DNA of 64,000 nucleotides, taken from assembly GCA_050250895.1 (NCBI GenBank), contig JBFWNU010000009.1:230488-294487 (forward strand). The letters are read 5' to 3'. Each line of letters starts with the position of its first letter. Positions within the stretch are counted from its first letter, which is position 1. The DNA is from Vulcanimicrobiota bacterium (GTDB lineage: Bacteria > Vulcanimicrobiota > Xenobia > Xenobiales > JADMJV01). Below the pieces are notes generated by a model. That model was not told the origin of the DNA and did no database searches. It saw only the letters and a program-made list of their open reading frames with translations. This document shows, piece by piece, positions 25,725-36,160 of the stretch. The translations under genes were made by a program, and so were the position numbers.

Positions 25725-26870
25725 GTGAGAATCCTGTATTTGACCACGTTGATGTCCACAGGCGGCATCGAAAGAAACCTGATTCGCTTATGTCAAGAAC
25801 TTACGAAGCGGGGCCACGATGTCCATTTAGGATCGGCCAAAGGCAGCCTGGTCAAGGAGTTTGAGGAGGCTGGGGGTAGACACTATGATCTGTTCGCCAG
25901 AACCAAGCTGGGATTGGTGGGGCGACTCTTGGAAACCGTCAGGGCCGCTCCCCGATTGCTTCGCTTGCTCAAGAGCCTGCAACCTGATGTCGTCCACACG
26001 CAATCGGCTCTGACCAACGCGACCCTTTTTGCCATCAGTCCTTTCTGGCCCGCTCGCAAAAGAACACCCATCATTTCAAGCGTAATGGGCCTCGAAGACC
26101 GACCGGGGGAGTCCAAGTTCGTCGTTCAACTTCGCAATTTCTTCCTCACCATGGGAGTGGATCGGACTCTAATCATTGCACCCGCGATCCAGGCCTTCCT
26201 CGAACAGCTACCCATTCCGCCAGAACGAATGGTTTGGCGGGATGTAGTAGGAATTGAGGTCCCCAGACTGGAGGCAGAACGAGTGGAAAAGGTTCGTCGC
26301 GCACTTGGTGTTTTGCCCGGCGAAAAAGCGGTGATTACGGTGGGCGCTCTTGCGCCCCGCAAGAGCCACGAACTCTTTATTGACACTGCGGCCATCATTT
26401 GTCGCCGACGCAAAGACGTCAAGTTCTTTATCGCCGGAGACGGCTGGAGAAGGGACGAACACGCCCGCCATATCAAAGCCCTGGGCTTGAAGGGGAGTAT
26501 AAGACTACTAGGTGTCCGCAAGGACATCCTCGATGTCATCGCCGCTTGCGATGTTTTGGTCAAGCCCGGCATTGTGGAAGGGTTCATCGGCATCACGGTC
26601 CTCGAAGCGCAGTCACTCAAAGTGCCTACCGCTGCATTTGAAACCGAAGATGTAAAGCTGGCCATCGTCAACGGAGAGACCGGTCTGACCGTGCCCAAGA
26701 AAGACATTCACGGAATGGCTGAAGCCATCACCAGGTTGCTGGAAGACTCTGACCTGCGCCACAAGGTCGTAGAGGCTGGATATCAAAGAGTCTGCGAACG
26801 TTTTTCCATCGAAAGCGTAGTGGACGGCCTGGTAGAGCAATACGAGCAAGAACGAGCGTTGCGACACTAA
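25725..26870 (+). CDS. Glycosyltransferase family 4
   Basis: GGIER, VGALAPRK, EGFIGITVLEA. Confidence 0.88.
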   Translation: MRILYLTTLMSTGGIERNLIRLCQELTKRGHDVHLGSAKGSLVKEFEEAGGRHYDLFARTKLGLVGRLLETVRAAPRLLRLLKSLQPDVVHTQSALTNATLFAISPFWPARKRTPIISSVMGLEDRPGESKFVVQLRNFFLTMGVDRTLIIAPAIQAFLEQLPIPPERMVWRDVVGIEVPRLEAERVEKVRRALGVLPGEKAVITVGALAPRKSHELFIDTAAIICRRRKDVKFFIAGDGWRRDEHARHIKALGLKGSIRLLGVRKDILDVIAACDVLVKPGIVEGFIGITVLEAQSLKVPTAAFETEDVKLAIVNGETGLTVPKKDIHGMAEAITRLLEDSDLRHKVVEAGYQRVCERFSIESVVDGLVEQYEQERALRH

Positions 26871-28205
26871 CTAGAGCAGGCGACCATAAGCCTCGCGCTC
26901 CGTGGCCACGAGCTTCTCCAGGTCCATGTGGTCGAGCATCTTCTCTCGCAGGCGTCTCCCACAAGTTCGGGCATAGTCCTGGTCTTCGAGCAACTTTCGG
27001 GCCCCTTCAGCCATCGCCTCAATATCATCGACCGGTACCAGCTCGCCTGTCATACCCGTTATGATCACATCGCTGTGCCAATCGACATCATAAGCCACGA
27101 CGGGCACGCCAGCCAGTGCTGTCTCTGTGAGCGCCCTACCCGCAAGCGGGGAAAGCATGGCACTAGCCCCCGGCAGCACCTCCGCTAACCACTCCTGAGA
27201 ACGATTTCCGGCGAATAATACCAGCTCATCGACGTCGAGTTCCTCGGCGCGAGCCTGCATCTGCTCGCGGAGCTCGCCGTCGCCCACAATTAGAAGCGAG
27301 CAATCCACTCCCCACTGCCTGAGTCGACCCATGACTTCGACCAGGTCACTGGACTTCTTGACGGGCGTGAGGCGCCCGACGGCCACGACGAAGCGGCCAC
27401 GAAGGGTTGCAAACTCGCCGAGATCGGGTGCAGGTCGGGCATCGGGCGGGCTGTAGTGCATCGGGTGGATCGCAATACCATAAGGAAAAACGACCGTCCG
27501 ACGAGGATCAGCGCCGTTTTGGATCGCGAAGTCGAGATAGTCCTGGGTCGCACCGGCTACCAGATCCACTCGAGGAATCGTTTGCCGTTGAACCCACTGC
27601 TCAAGCTCGATGCTTGGGAACAATCGGGGCTGGACCGGCCGACCTGTCATCTCTCGAACCCGGTCGTAGTGGGCGCCAAGGCGCAGGGCCACTGGAATAC
27701 CGTTGGTGCGGGCCAGGATCAGACCTAGAAAACTTAGAAAATAAGGGTCTCCGGAGCGAATCACCGAGATTCCCTCGCAGCGAATAACCCGATCAAGTCG
27801 GGCCAACAGAGCCGTCTGGCTCAAGAGAAAGTTGAAGAGCTGAAAGCCGGCCAAAACTCTTAACAGGCCGAGCTTTCCCTCAATGACCACATGTCGATCA
27901 CTCAGAGGCGTGACGGTCGGTCCTCCAAAGGCGTCTTCAGGGTTGTCAGGAGTGATCACCGTGGCGACGGGATGGCAAAACCAAACCTTCTCGAAAAAGC
28001 CGCCCAGGTCGTGGCAGGTGACAAAGACCTCGAGCTTGCGGCGCTGAATAATCTCGAGAGTATAGGCCATGTCGAAAACCAGAATCCGCCGACCGGGAGC
28101 ATCCTTGCGCGGGCAAGTGAGCCGGTTGACGAGCAGTACTAGACCCACCAACGGCAGCGCAGCCAGAGTAGCCAAAAGGTCAAGGAGCAACAGCAGGTTC
28201 TTCAT
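26871..28205 (-). CDS. Glycosyltransferase family 4 with N-terminal TM segment
   Basis: VGRLTPVK, IVGDGELR, ETALAGVPVVAYD; ATG 28205 chosen as start. Confidence 0.82.
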   Translation of the reverse strand: MKNLLLLLDLLATLAALPLVGLVLLVNRLTCPRKDAPGRRILVFDMAYTLEIIQRRKLEVFVTCHDLGGFFEKVWFCHPVATVITPDNPEDAFGGPTVTPLSDRHVVIEGKLGLLRVLAGFQLFNFLLSQTALLARLDRVIRCEGISVIRSGDPYFLSFLGLILARTNGIPVALRLGAHYDRVREMTGRPVQPRLFPSIELEQWVQRQTIPRVDLVAGATQDYLDFAIQNGADPRRTVVFPYGIAIHPMHYSPPDARPAPDLGEFATLRGRFVVAVGRLTPVKKSSDLVEVMGRLRQWGVDCSLLIVGDGELREQMQARAEELDVDELVLFAGNRSQEWLAEVLPGASAMLSPLAGRALTETALAGVPVVAYDVDWHSDVIITGMTGELVPVDDIEAMAEGARKLLEDQDYARTCGRRLREKMLDHMDLEKLVATEREAYGRLL

Positions 28206-28209
28206 CAGC

Positions 28210-28443
28210 TCAGTCGGACTGGGGTGCGAGGGCAAACTCGCGAACCTGACCGTGGTCACGCAATTGCTGCGCCACGGAATTCTCTGCGATATAGACCAGA
28301 ACCGGCGTTGCGCCAGCCGAGCCGTTACTGACAGCAACACATTGGCCTGTGCCGGTATCGGCGGCAAGCTCTGTCTCGAACGCTTCGACATCGGCCCGGA
28401 CGGCTTTCCATTGTGATGGCATGTCACAAAACGGAACTGTCAC
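28210..28443 (-). pseudogene. DegT-family aminotransferase remnant with several internal deletions
   Basis: GTG start with RBS GGAAGG; the pieces VPFCDMPSQW / EAFETELA / CVAVSNGS / GATPVLV / LRDHGQ are non-adjacent DegT motifs compressed into about 77 codons. Confidence 0.7.
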
Positions 28444-28502
28444 GGTAGTCCTTCCAAAATTGGACGCGGTTTGGCCATAGGCGCGCATTCTCCTGCCTTT
28501 CT

Positions 28503-29423
28503 TTAAGCTCGCTTGCGAAAGACCGCGGCGAAGGTTGCACCCGAAAGGGGAAGAAGCCAACCCAAAAACCTCGACCAGAATCGGGTAAAGCAGTTGCGAT
28601 TCGTTAGACTATCCAGGTGACCATAGGTCGAGAAATATTCTCCAGCAAAGTTTGGCAAGTAGCGACGCCTCAACGCCTCGATGTCGATGCCGCGCCCGCG
28701 ATGGAAACGGCCACCGGCGAAAGGGGAATGAATATCGACGATCTCGTTGATTTGATTCTTGGTCATAGGTTGCTGGATGACGTCCTGTTCGAGCAACGTA
28801 TGGTTGACCTGTCGATAAAAGGTCTCGTCGGCCGCATTGACGGGTGCTCGCCGCCGGAACTTGTTGATAAGCTTCTCGGGATGGCAGAGCACGAAGAATA
28901 GGAAAAAGTTGGCAACCAGGATAGGATTGGTGTAGAAAGCTCGGTTGTGTTCGTGACAGATGATCAACCGACCACCCGGTTTGATTACGCGGTCGAGTTC
29001 ACGCAAAAAGCCAAAGTCTGGCAGATGGTGCAGTACCGAGTTCATGGTAACCACATCGAGGGAAGCGTCAGGTTGCTCGAGCCTTTTTCCGTCGAGATTT
29101 AGATACTCCACGGTAAGCCCGGGATACCGAGATGTCATCGTCTGCCTGCAGACATCGAGCATCCGTTCAGAAATGTCCGAACACACCAGCACATCGTTTG
29201 CGCCTAGAAGCGGACCGAGCTGGAGTGGAACGAAGCCTGTTCCCGAACCCAGGTCGAGCACCCGCAGCGGTCGCTTCATGCTGCCCACGAAACGCTGGCT
29301 GATTTGGCGCCATCGTTCGACCTCGTCCCGAATGATTTCAGGATGGGTTCTATCGTAAGAGGCCTGCTCGTAATCGTGAAACACACGATTGACCTCGAGC
29401 ACGAGCTCGGGCGCATATTGCAC
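28503..29423 (-). CDS. Class I SAM-dependent methyltransferase
   Basis: VLDLGSGTG, SDIS, NSVLHHLPD, VIKPGGRL. Confidence 0.85.
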   Translation of the reverse strand: MQYAPELVLEVNRVFHDYEQASYDRTHPEIIRDEVERWRQISQRFVGSMKRPLRVLDLGSGTGFVPLQLGPLLGANDVLVCSDISERMLDVCRQTMTSRYPGLTVEYLNLDGKRLEQPDASLDVVTMNSVLHHLPDFGFLRELDRVIKPGGRLIICHEHNRAFYTNPILVANFFLFFVLCHPEKLINKFRRRAPVNAADETFYRQVNHTLLEQDVIQQPMTKNQINEIVDIHSPFAGGRFHRGRGIDIEALRRRYLPNFAGEYFSTYGHLDSLTNRNCFTRFWSRFLGWLLPLSGATFAAVFRKRA

Positions 29424-29428
29424 AACCG

Positions 29429-30436
29429 CTACACCGAAGCTGCTGAGGGCTGAATCTCGTAGGCTTCGAGATAGCCGATAAATTCGTCGACGGTGTCGGA
29501 CATACGGCCCCAGAAGTCGGTGTCGAAAACCATACCCAACTGCTCGCGAATCTTGCGATTATCCACATCAAAATACTTGATGTCACCCACAGCCCAATCA
29601 CTATGGACGATCGTTGAGGTAGTGCGAGAGCCCATCAGCCTGAGAATCCCCTCGGCGAGTTCTCCTACCGAGACCTGGATCCCAGAAGCGCAGTTGTACA
29701 CCTCGCCACTAGCACGGGGATCGATGGCCGCGAGAAGGTTAGCGTTCACCAGATCTTTGACCCAGGTGAAGCTACGCATTTGCGTGCCGTCGCCGTGCAC
29801 GGTGAGGTTCTTCTTCTCAAGTGCGTTGCGCAAGAAGATTGACACCACCCCCCCGAACTCATTGGATTCTTGCCGGGGTCCATAGACATGGAAATAGCGA
29901 AGAATGGTAGTGTCCAGGCCGTGCAACTGGTTGAAGGTGGCGACGTAGCGCTCACCGGCCAGATTGCTGACTCCGTAATAAGAACGCGGGTTGAGGGGGT
30001 GCTCCTCGTTGGTGGGGAAGATGACCGGCTCCCCGTAAACAGACCCTGTCGAAGCGTGAACGAACTTCTTGACGCCAAACTCTACCGACATGAGCAAGAG
30101 GTTGAGGGTGCCGCCGGCGTTGACATCGAGATCGCGGGCGGGGTCTCTCAGACAGACGGTCTTCTTCGACGCGGCGTTGTGGAAGATGATGTCGATGCCG
30201 TTCTCGAATAAGGGCCGTAGCGCCGAGGGGTCGGTTATATCAACGGTCTTATGGTGAAAGTGTGGATGGTTGCGATACGGAGCATAGTTATGCTCTTTTC
30301 CGGCCGAAAGATCGTCCACCGCCGTGACGCAGGCCCCGTGCTCCAACAGGGACTCGCAGAGATGACAGCCGATAAAGCCTGCGGAGCCAGTGACAACCAC
30401 GCGCTGGCCTGCCAGTTTGGAAGTATCAATGTTCAT
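29429..30436 (-). CDS. NAD-dependent epimerase/dehydratase (GalE-like; YxxxK reads YxxxN)
   Basis: VTGSAGFIG, HASTGSVYG, YYGVSNL, LRYFHVYGPRQ. Confidence 0.88.
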   Translation of the reverse strand: MNIDTSKLAGQRVVVTGSAGFIGCHLCESLLEHGACVTAVDDLSAGKEHNYAPYRNHPHFHHKTVDITDPSALRPLFENGIDIIFHNAASKKTVCLRDPARDLDVNAGGTLNLLLMSVEFGVKKFVHASTGSVYGEPVIFPTNEEHPLNPRSYYGVSNLAGERYVATFNQLHGLDTTILRYFHVYGPRQESNEFGGVVSIFLRNALEKKNLTVHGDGTQMRSFTWVKDLVNANLLAAIDPRASGEVYNCASGIQVSVGELAEGILRLMGSRTTSTIVHSDWAVGDIKYFDVDNRKIREQLGMVFDTDFWGRMSDTVDEFIGYLEAYEIQPSAASV

Positions 30437-30518
30437 TTCTCTCTGTCGCCTTTCATTCCCGGCCTCCCGACACCGTGGTATTCCCAATGTTAAGTTCGTA
30501 TCAAACCAGTGGTCTTGC

Positions 30519-33230
30519 CTAGAACCAGGCGGCAAACGTTGTTGCCTCGAGGGCCATGAGCTTCGTCTGGTGACCGGCGCTTGCGGCCGTCACGCGAAGA
30601 CCACCCCTGGTCAGTTCAAACGTCAGAGTCAGAGGGTCATCTGCGGCAGGTAGCAGCGCCTCCTTAAGCTTCTGGATTTCTGGATTCCACGAGCCATCGT
30701 CGAGGCGAATCCGGTCGTCGAGACCACGATTCTGTAATATGGTCAGCATTTGCGCACCGGCCGAAGCCTGAACGCCTGGGACACTCTTGGAAGTGACTTC
30801 TTCTCCGAATCGTGTTCCGGCGGGAAAGAGTTCTAGAAACCGGCCATGCATCTGAATGCCGAGAGAACCGACGAGCAGCTGCTCTGCCTGGCTGCACCGG
30901 GCAACTGCGTCGCCCAACACCAGGCCCTCCTGGGCCAGCACCCGCGGGTGACGCTGCGCTCCCAGAGCCACGCATCTTTTGGGGTCCGTGGCAGCCAGCT
31001 TGTCCGAGTCCAAAAAGCCTCGCTCCAGGGCACGCACCACCAACGGGAAGGACGAGGCGCGACCCGCTCTAACAATGGTATCAGGCCGCTCTAGACCCGC
31101 CCGCTGCACTAACCTTTGGGCGCAACGGATGCCCGCCTCCAGCGTGGGACCCAGCCAGTTCTCCAGGTCGTGGGCGGATAGGTCAAGCTCGGTGGCTGGC
31201 AAGGCCTCTAGGCCATTCTCACCGAGAAAATGTAGGTGCCCGGCGCCAAAGCGGAGGGTCTTCCATTCGGGTCTACCCTGACAGGCCTCGATAACCGCCT
31301 CCTCGGTGATGCCCCGAATTCTCATAAACTCTTCGAAAGCCTGATCGTCAGACAGGTCCGCGCAGGCCAGCAGTGGGGGCTGCCCTGGTAGCCCCCTAGA
31401 AAGGCCTTCGATAGCCAACATCGTGAGCTGGTCGATGACCCTCTCTCCCCCGATATCGGTGGCACCATCCACCCCTAACACACGCCATTTTAGAGCTTTG
31501 CCTTCCGCCCAAAACTCCAACAAACAAAGGTCCAGCGTCGTCCCTCCCAAATCGTAGACCAGAACCGTCCGGCGGCTTTTGGGGGCGGACGAGCCCGATA
31601 GAAATGAGAATGCTGCGGCTAGCGACTCGGGCAGGGCGACCAGTTCCAATTCATTGCGACGAGCCGTGGTGGTGGTCACCCATAAGGCCTCGCGCAGACA
31701 GGCGATCAGGGTGGCCTTCTCTTCCTCGGAACAACGCGCGGGGTGACACAGAAGTACTCGCGTAAAGTCGAGACCCGTCTCTCCCCGAGACCAAAGCTTG
31801 AGTTGCAAGCGTTGCAACCAAATTCTCAAGAAGTCTCCTAGAACTCGTCGAGGGGGCAAGTCGTAGGTGGCCAGGGGCTCCTCTCGGGGAATGACTCGCA
31901 GGCTGGCTGTTCCCATAAGCAAACTTCGTTTGGCTGCACCCACCACGGAGTGACGCGAGCAGGCCGATCTGCCCAGTTCTCTGGCCGGCGCCCCGATGCA
32001 CACTTCAGGTGAGGGTGCCAGCCGAATGTAGCCCACACTGCTGTCTACGAGTCCATCTTCCAGCTCAGGAAAAAAGTCGACCGGAAGACCAACCTTCTTC
32101 CCCGCGGCACAACTGCCCCGAGTCCCGACATCGAGTAGCAGCCAGCCCTCATACACGCCGCGGACCACCCTATCGAGGCGGACCGGCACAACCCAGGCCG
32201 AGTCATCGGGACCCACGAATCGAAGTGCGCCCACTGCAGGATAGTGCTCACAATCGATGATAAGCGCGAGTTCGAGCGTCTGGCCGCTCTCAACAGAGGT
32301 TGGCCAGAAGCCGTCGGGTACGCGCCCGGTCGCTCCTGGCACGTCCACCTCCAGGCGCGCGATGCGCCAGGGACGATGCCATTTCGCTCCGGGCGTTCCG
32401 TTGCCCAGGGCCAACATCAGGGGGTGCGATTCAAAACCCTCAACCACTGCGAGCTCGAGTCGGGGCGAGAGTTCGCGTCCCCGAATCTGGGGCGCCGGCG
32501 CTCCTCGGCAGGGGATGTCCAACACTAGGGCCGCGCGGTCGGGATAAGCCAACTCCATTTTGAATTCGGCGGCGCGTCGCGCCATCAGCGCCTGGGCCAG
32601 ACCCGGCTCTAGCCGCAACCGCAGTCCTGCGGGGGACTGTGGTGTGGCCAGGTCGCGATCGTAGCCAGCAAGAGTCAGGCCATCAGTGCGGCTTTCGAGC
32701 AGGGCCGGCAAAGCGGCCCCTCCTCGCACTTGCAGTTCGAGGTGAAAATCGACGCCCGCCGCTTTCAAGCCTAGAGCACCCGCCAGTGGCCTGAGGGCCA
32801 CTTCCGGCTGGTGGCTGAGTACGATGGTGGACTTGCTTCGAAAATCCGCGCCCTTGATTCCTAAATCCAGAGAGGCAAAGGCCGGTACGGAAGCCGGCAG
32901 CTTTAAGCTCACTGCCCAGACAACCGACTCGCCCGGATAAATCAAGACCTTAGCAGCGTCTGAAAGCTCTATCCAGGCGGGCTGACAAGCAAAAGCCTGC
33001 GGGTCCACCTCGAGCGGCCCGCCGACTCCCTCGTTGCGTAGGACCAGCCTCAAATCCCCAGGGATGCTACTCCAATCCCTCCAAGGACCTAACGGGGCCC
33101 ACGACCTGCTCGAGATACGTCCCTCGAGCCACAGAGTTAGTCGCCCCAAGAGGTGGCCGCAGTGACCGCAAAAGCGGTCCTCCTCAGCCACGGGTCCGCC
33201 GCAGGTAAGGACGGGACAGGCAGCAGTCAC
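30519..33230 (-). CDS. Zinc-ribbon plus divergent Hsp70/actin-fold ATPase domain protein
   Basis: N-terminal CPVLTCGG...FCGHCG; LDVGTRGS, LPESLAAA, VYDLGGTTLD, IGGERV, AGRASSFP and DPKRCVALGA match Hsp70 NBD motifs in order. Confidence 0.72.
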   Translation of the reverse strand: MTAACPVLTCGGPVAEEDRFCGHCGHLLGRLTLWLEGRISSRSWAPLGPWRDWSSIPGDLRLVLRNEGVGGPLEVDPQAFACQPAWIELSDAAKVLIYPGESVVWAVSLKLPASVPAFASLDLGIKGADFRSKSTIVLSHQPEVALRPLAGALGLKAAGVDFHLELQVRGGAALPALLESRTDGLTLAGYDRDLATPQSPAGLRLRLEPGLAQALMARRAAEFKMELAYPDRAALVLDIPCRGAPAPQIRGRELSPRLELAVVEGFESHPLMLALGNGTPGAKWHRPWRIARLEVDVPGATGRVPDGFWPTSVESGQTLELALIIDCEHYPAVGALRFVGPDDSAWVVPVRLDRVVRGVYEGWLLLDVGTRGSCAAGKKVGLPVDFFPELEDGLVDSSVGYIRLAPSPEVCIGAPARELGRSACSRHSVVGAAKRSLLMGTASLRVIPREEPLATYDLPPRRVLGDFLRIWLQRLQLKLWSRGETGLDFTRVLLCHPARCSEEEKATLIACLREALWVTTTTARRNELELVALPESLAAAFSFLSGSSAPKSRRTVLVYDLGGTTLDLCLLEFWAEGKALKWRVLGVDGATDIGGERVIDQLTMLAIEGLSRGLPGQPPLLACADLSDDQAFEEFMRIRGITEEAVIEACQGRPEWKTLRFGAGHLHFLGENGLEALPATELDLSAHDLENWLGPTLEAGIRCAQRLVQRAGLERPDTIVRAGRASSFPLVVRALERGFLDSDKLAATDPKRCVALGAQRHPRVLAQEGLVLGDAVARCSQAEQLLVGSLGIQMHGRFLELFPAGTRFGEEVTSKSVPGVQASAGAQMLTILQNRGLDDRIRLDDGSWNPEIQKLKEALLPAADDPLTLTFELTRGGLRVTAASAGHQTKLMALEATTFAAWF

Positions 33231-36160
33231 CGCTGGCCCCCTGCGATACGGCCAGCCGAGGCTTGCTCTCCGACCTGGGCCAGCAGAAGACCGACCTCAG
33301 CTTCACTCAAGTCGCGCAGACACGGCAGTGTCCTGAGTCGCTCTTCCTCGCGGGTCAACAGATCGATCTCCAAGCGCCGCGCCAGCGGTAGTTCGCGCAG
33401 GTCAAACACCTGGCCCCACTGTTCACCGAATGCCTCGATTTTCGCCCCAGCCAGTTTCGCGGCAAGTCTAACCACGACGGCCGCGTCTCCACTGGCGTGA
33501 AAGTGCTCAAGCTGAGTCTCGACAGCCTGCAACAGTTGCCTCCGACGGCGTTCGTCGCGGCAAAGCCGGGCTAGTGCCCTGGTATGGCTGCCGAGAGGGA
33601 AGCGCCTCAGGTAGAGACCACGTCGAAGATTCCAAAAGAACTCTCCGCGGTGGACCTCGACGATGCCAAGCAAGCGGCCCAACACAAAAGCTCGAAAGGC
33701 CTCCGCAAGGGCCTCTCTCTCGGGCTCCGAACTGATGGTCAGCTCGTCGAGATCTTCGCGCCGACTATCCGTGTGAAGTGGCTCGCCGGCAGAAAAGAAG
33801 AGTTCATAGTCTGCTCTTGACTGTTCAAGGTGCAAAAGCATGTTGAGCGGCAATCCACCGACCTCGTAGCAGAACAGAATTTCATCACTTTCAGGCAGTT
33901 CGAGGAAATGAACATCCTGGCTCGAGGAGCGGCGAACCATCTCCTCAAACCGCGACCAGAAGTCACGCAGTTCGGCCGTCTCGCTCAGCGAGCGACCTTC
34001 TGAGACAGAAGGCAACCCTACGATCAAGAATGCTTGGGACCGAGGAATACCTGACTTCGCCCCGCCCAAATCCAGCAGATGGCGAACCTGAGCCTCCTGC
34101 CGTTGCTCGTCCTGCTCGGTAAAGAACTGCCTGAGCACGTGAAAATCTTGAGAAATCGGGTCAAAGACGCGACCACAACGGTGGAGGATGGCCGCCTCCC
34201 AACGGGCACCCTCTCCAGCGACTCTATCCTCAGGCAACTGGAGCGGTGTCCGACCCAACCCGGTCAAGATCTCGGCACCCAGACGATCGAACCAGCCGCG
34301 ATCGCCCACATACAATGTGTAAATCCTCTCCAAGAGTCCCCCCTCACTGCCCAGGTCCTCCAGCAGATGGCGGTCCGACCTGACGCTGAGCCGTTCATAG
34401 CGAGCCAAAAGCGTGCTTTGAAGCTCTTGCCAGTAAGTCTGGGCCAAGCGAATTCTCTGTAGCAGCCCATCGTGCTGGCCCCGAGCTCGCGGTGCGCCGT
34501 CCAAGTGTTCAAGCATTCCACGACAGAGTTCCACTGCTTCGGCCAGTGCCCGCTGACGCAGCAGGCTCTGCAGGGAGCCGCAGCCGGTCTCCAGCACAGA
34601 GTCGAGGTAAGCCTCGGCCGCCCGCCCAACCCGATACTCTCGACTCCGGAGCCACGAGATACGAACGTTTTCCTTGACTACCTCGCTAAAACGCCGTTGC
34701 ACCTCTGACGAAGCCAGGCGGTAGCGGTTGCTTTCTTCCTCCATCTCCCGAGCGAACCCGTGCTGCAACCGGGTGACCTGCTCCCTGACCCGTCCGAAGA
34801 GCGCGTGACACTCTTCCAGACTGAGATGATCGTCGGCCAGTGCTTGGCGGAGGATGTTGGAGAAGGCCTCTTGCAGACGGGCGAGCACGCCGTGGCGGTT
34901 GGCCCTGACAATTTGAAAGTAAGAACCCGCGCGGTCCTCAATCGAGGCCGTGAGAGCCTGCACCCGTTCCACGAGATACTCGGGCAGATACTGGGCCGCG
35001 CGCAGGTCGGCCAAGATGCTACGCCTGCTCTCAGCCAGTTTGCGAGCCAGGCTCTGAGTTCTGCTACTTTCCAGGTCGCCCTTGCCCAGCGGGTCGATCA
35101 GTGCCTGAATCAGCTCTTCCTTCGCCGGTATCGGCCTGGTGTGGTTGACCACTCTCAAAACCGCGGCTTCGTCCACCTCGCCGCCCGTCCAGCGCTGCAC
35201 CACACTAGCTGCCAGCCTGGTGGTGCACGCTTGATAAAGGCGACGATGGCCCAGCCCGATGGCGCCGAGACGGGCGCCGCCGAAGCGGCAGGCAAAGCTT
35301 TGGATCAAAGACTCTCGCTGAGATTCCCCTTTCCTACCGGCCAACTGTCGCAGATTTACCCGCAAACTCCGCCGTTGAGCAGCAAACGGTCCCGAAGTGT
35401 AGTCTTTTACGATTTGCTCGGCCAGTTCGCTGCAAATGGCCGGTCCCGGCTCCAGGAACAAACACGTGTCCAGGACCGGCGGGGAGAGAGCGAAGCTACG
35501 GCCCGGAAACCAGTCAACCACCAACGGCGCACTGGCGCTACTATAATGATTGAGTTCTTTGAAAAACGCGTAGAGGTTGGCGCGCTGGCGACGTTCTTCA
35601 TATCCGGTTCCTTCGCTCATATGGGGCACAAACAAGCCCTCCAGAGAGATTCGATGGGGGCCGAGAGTTTGACGCAGCAGAAACGCCAGATCGAGCAGAA
35701 GGCCTGACTCCACTAGCTGCAAATTGCTGACGAGATAGATGCAGGTGGGTTGTCCCAAATCAACCTCAAAGCCTGGAGGGTTCACTCCGATCGGGTCTCG
35801 GCAACGGCTCTCTGCATTTCTCGACGCTTCACGCAGAGTCTGGTAATTGTCGACAAGAAGCAATCTGCCGTGAGCCCTGATAGGCCGACTTCCTGGGCGC
35901 TGGGCCCAGCCTGGGTACCACCAGTGAGCCACGTCATCGTGACTTTGGTGGCGAAACCTTAACGTAAGGGTATCGCCTTCGGATAATCGGGGCTCGCTGT
36001 CGAGGGGCAGGTGGAAGTAACTGAGGCAGCCCAGTCGCTGTTGTCCATAGATTTCATCGAGGCGCTCAGAGACCGCCTCGATGACCTCACCTCCCAGCCG
36101 ACCCAGGCCAAGAATAAGGCCTGGTCGGACTCGCGTCTTTCTAGGCGCGGCTGGACTCAT
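33227..36160 (-). CDS. Tubulin-like domain protein (Tubulin_2 type), GTP-binding motifs degenerate
   Basis: LILGLGRLGGEV, RAHGRLLL, IYLVSNL..ESGLLLDLAFLLR, ANLYAFFKELNHY; long helical C-terminus ending in family-like ILFCYEVGGLPL...PLHTD. Confidence 0.72.
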   Translation of the reverse strand: MSPAAPRKTRVRPGLILGLGRLGGEVIEAVSERLDEIYGQQRLGCLSYFHLPLDSEPRLSEGDTLTLRFRHQSHDDVAHWWYPGWAQRPGSRPIRAHGRLLLVDNYQTLREASRNAESRCRDPIGVNPPGFEVDLGQPTCIYLVSNLQLVESGLLLDLAFLLRQTLGPHRISLEGLFVPHMSEGTGYEERRQRANLYAFFKELNHYSSASAPLVVDWFPGRSFALSPPVLDTCLFLEPGPAICSELAEQIVKDYTSGPFAAQRRSLRVNLRQLAGRKGESQRESLIQSFACRFGGARLGAIGLGHRRLYQACTTRLAASVVQRWTGGEVDEAAVLRVVNHTRPIPAKEELIQALIDPLGKGDLESSRTQSLARKLAESRRSILADLRAAQYLPEYLVERVQALTASIEDRAGSYFQIVRANRHGVLARLQEAFSNILRQALADDHLSLEECHALFGRVREQVTRLQHGFAREMEEESNRYRLASSEVQRRFSEVVKENVRISWLRSREYRVGRAAEAYLDSVLETGCGSLQSLLRQRALAEAVELCRGMLEHLDGAPRARGQHDGLLQRIRLAQTYWQELQSTLLARYERLSVRSDRHLLEDLGSEGGLLERIYTLYVGDRGWFDRLGAEILTGLGRTPLQLPEDRVAGEGARWEAAILHRCGRVFDPISQDFHVLRQFFTEQDEQRQEAQVRHLLDLGGAKSGIPRSQAFLIVGLPSVSEGRSLSETAELRDFWSRFEEMVRRSSSQDVHFLELPESDEILFCYEVGGLPLNMLLHLEQSRADYELFFSAGEPLHTDSRREDLDELTISSEPEREALAEAFRAFVLGRLLGIVEVHRGEFFWNLRRGLYLRRFPLGSHTRALARLCRDERRRRQLLQAVETQLEHFHASGDAAVVVRLAAKLAGAKIEAFGEQWGQVFDLRELPLARRLEIDLLTREEERLRTLPCLRDLSEAEVGLLLAQVGEQASAGRIAGGQR

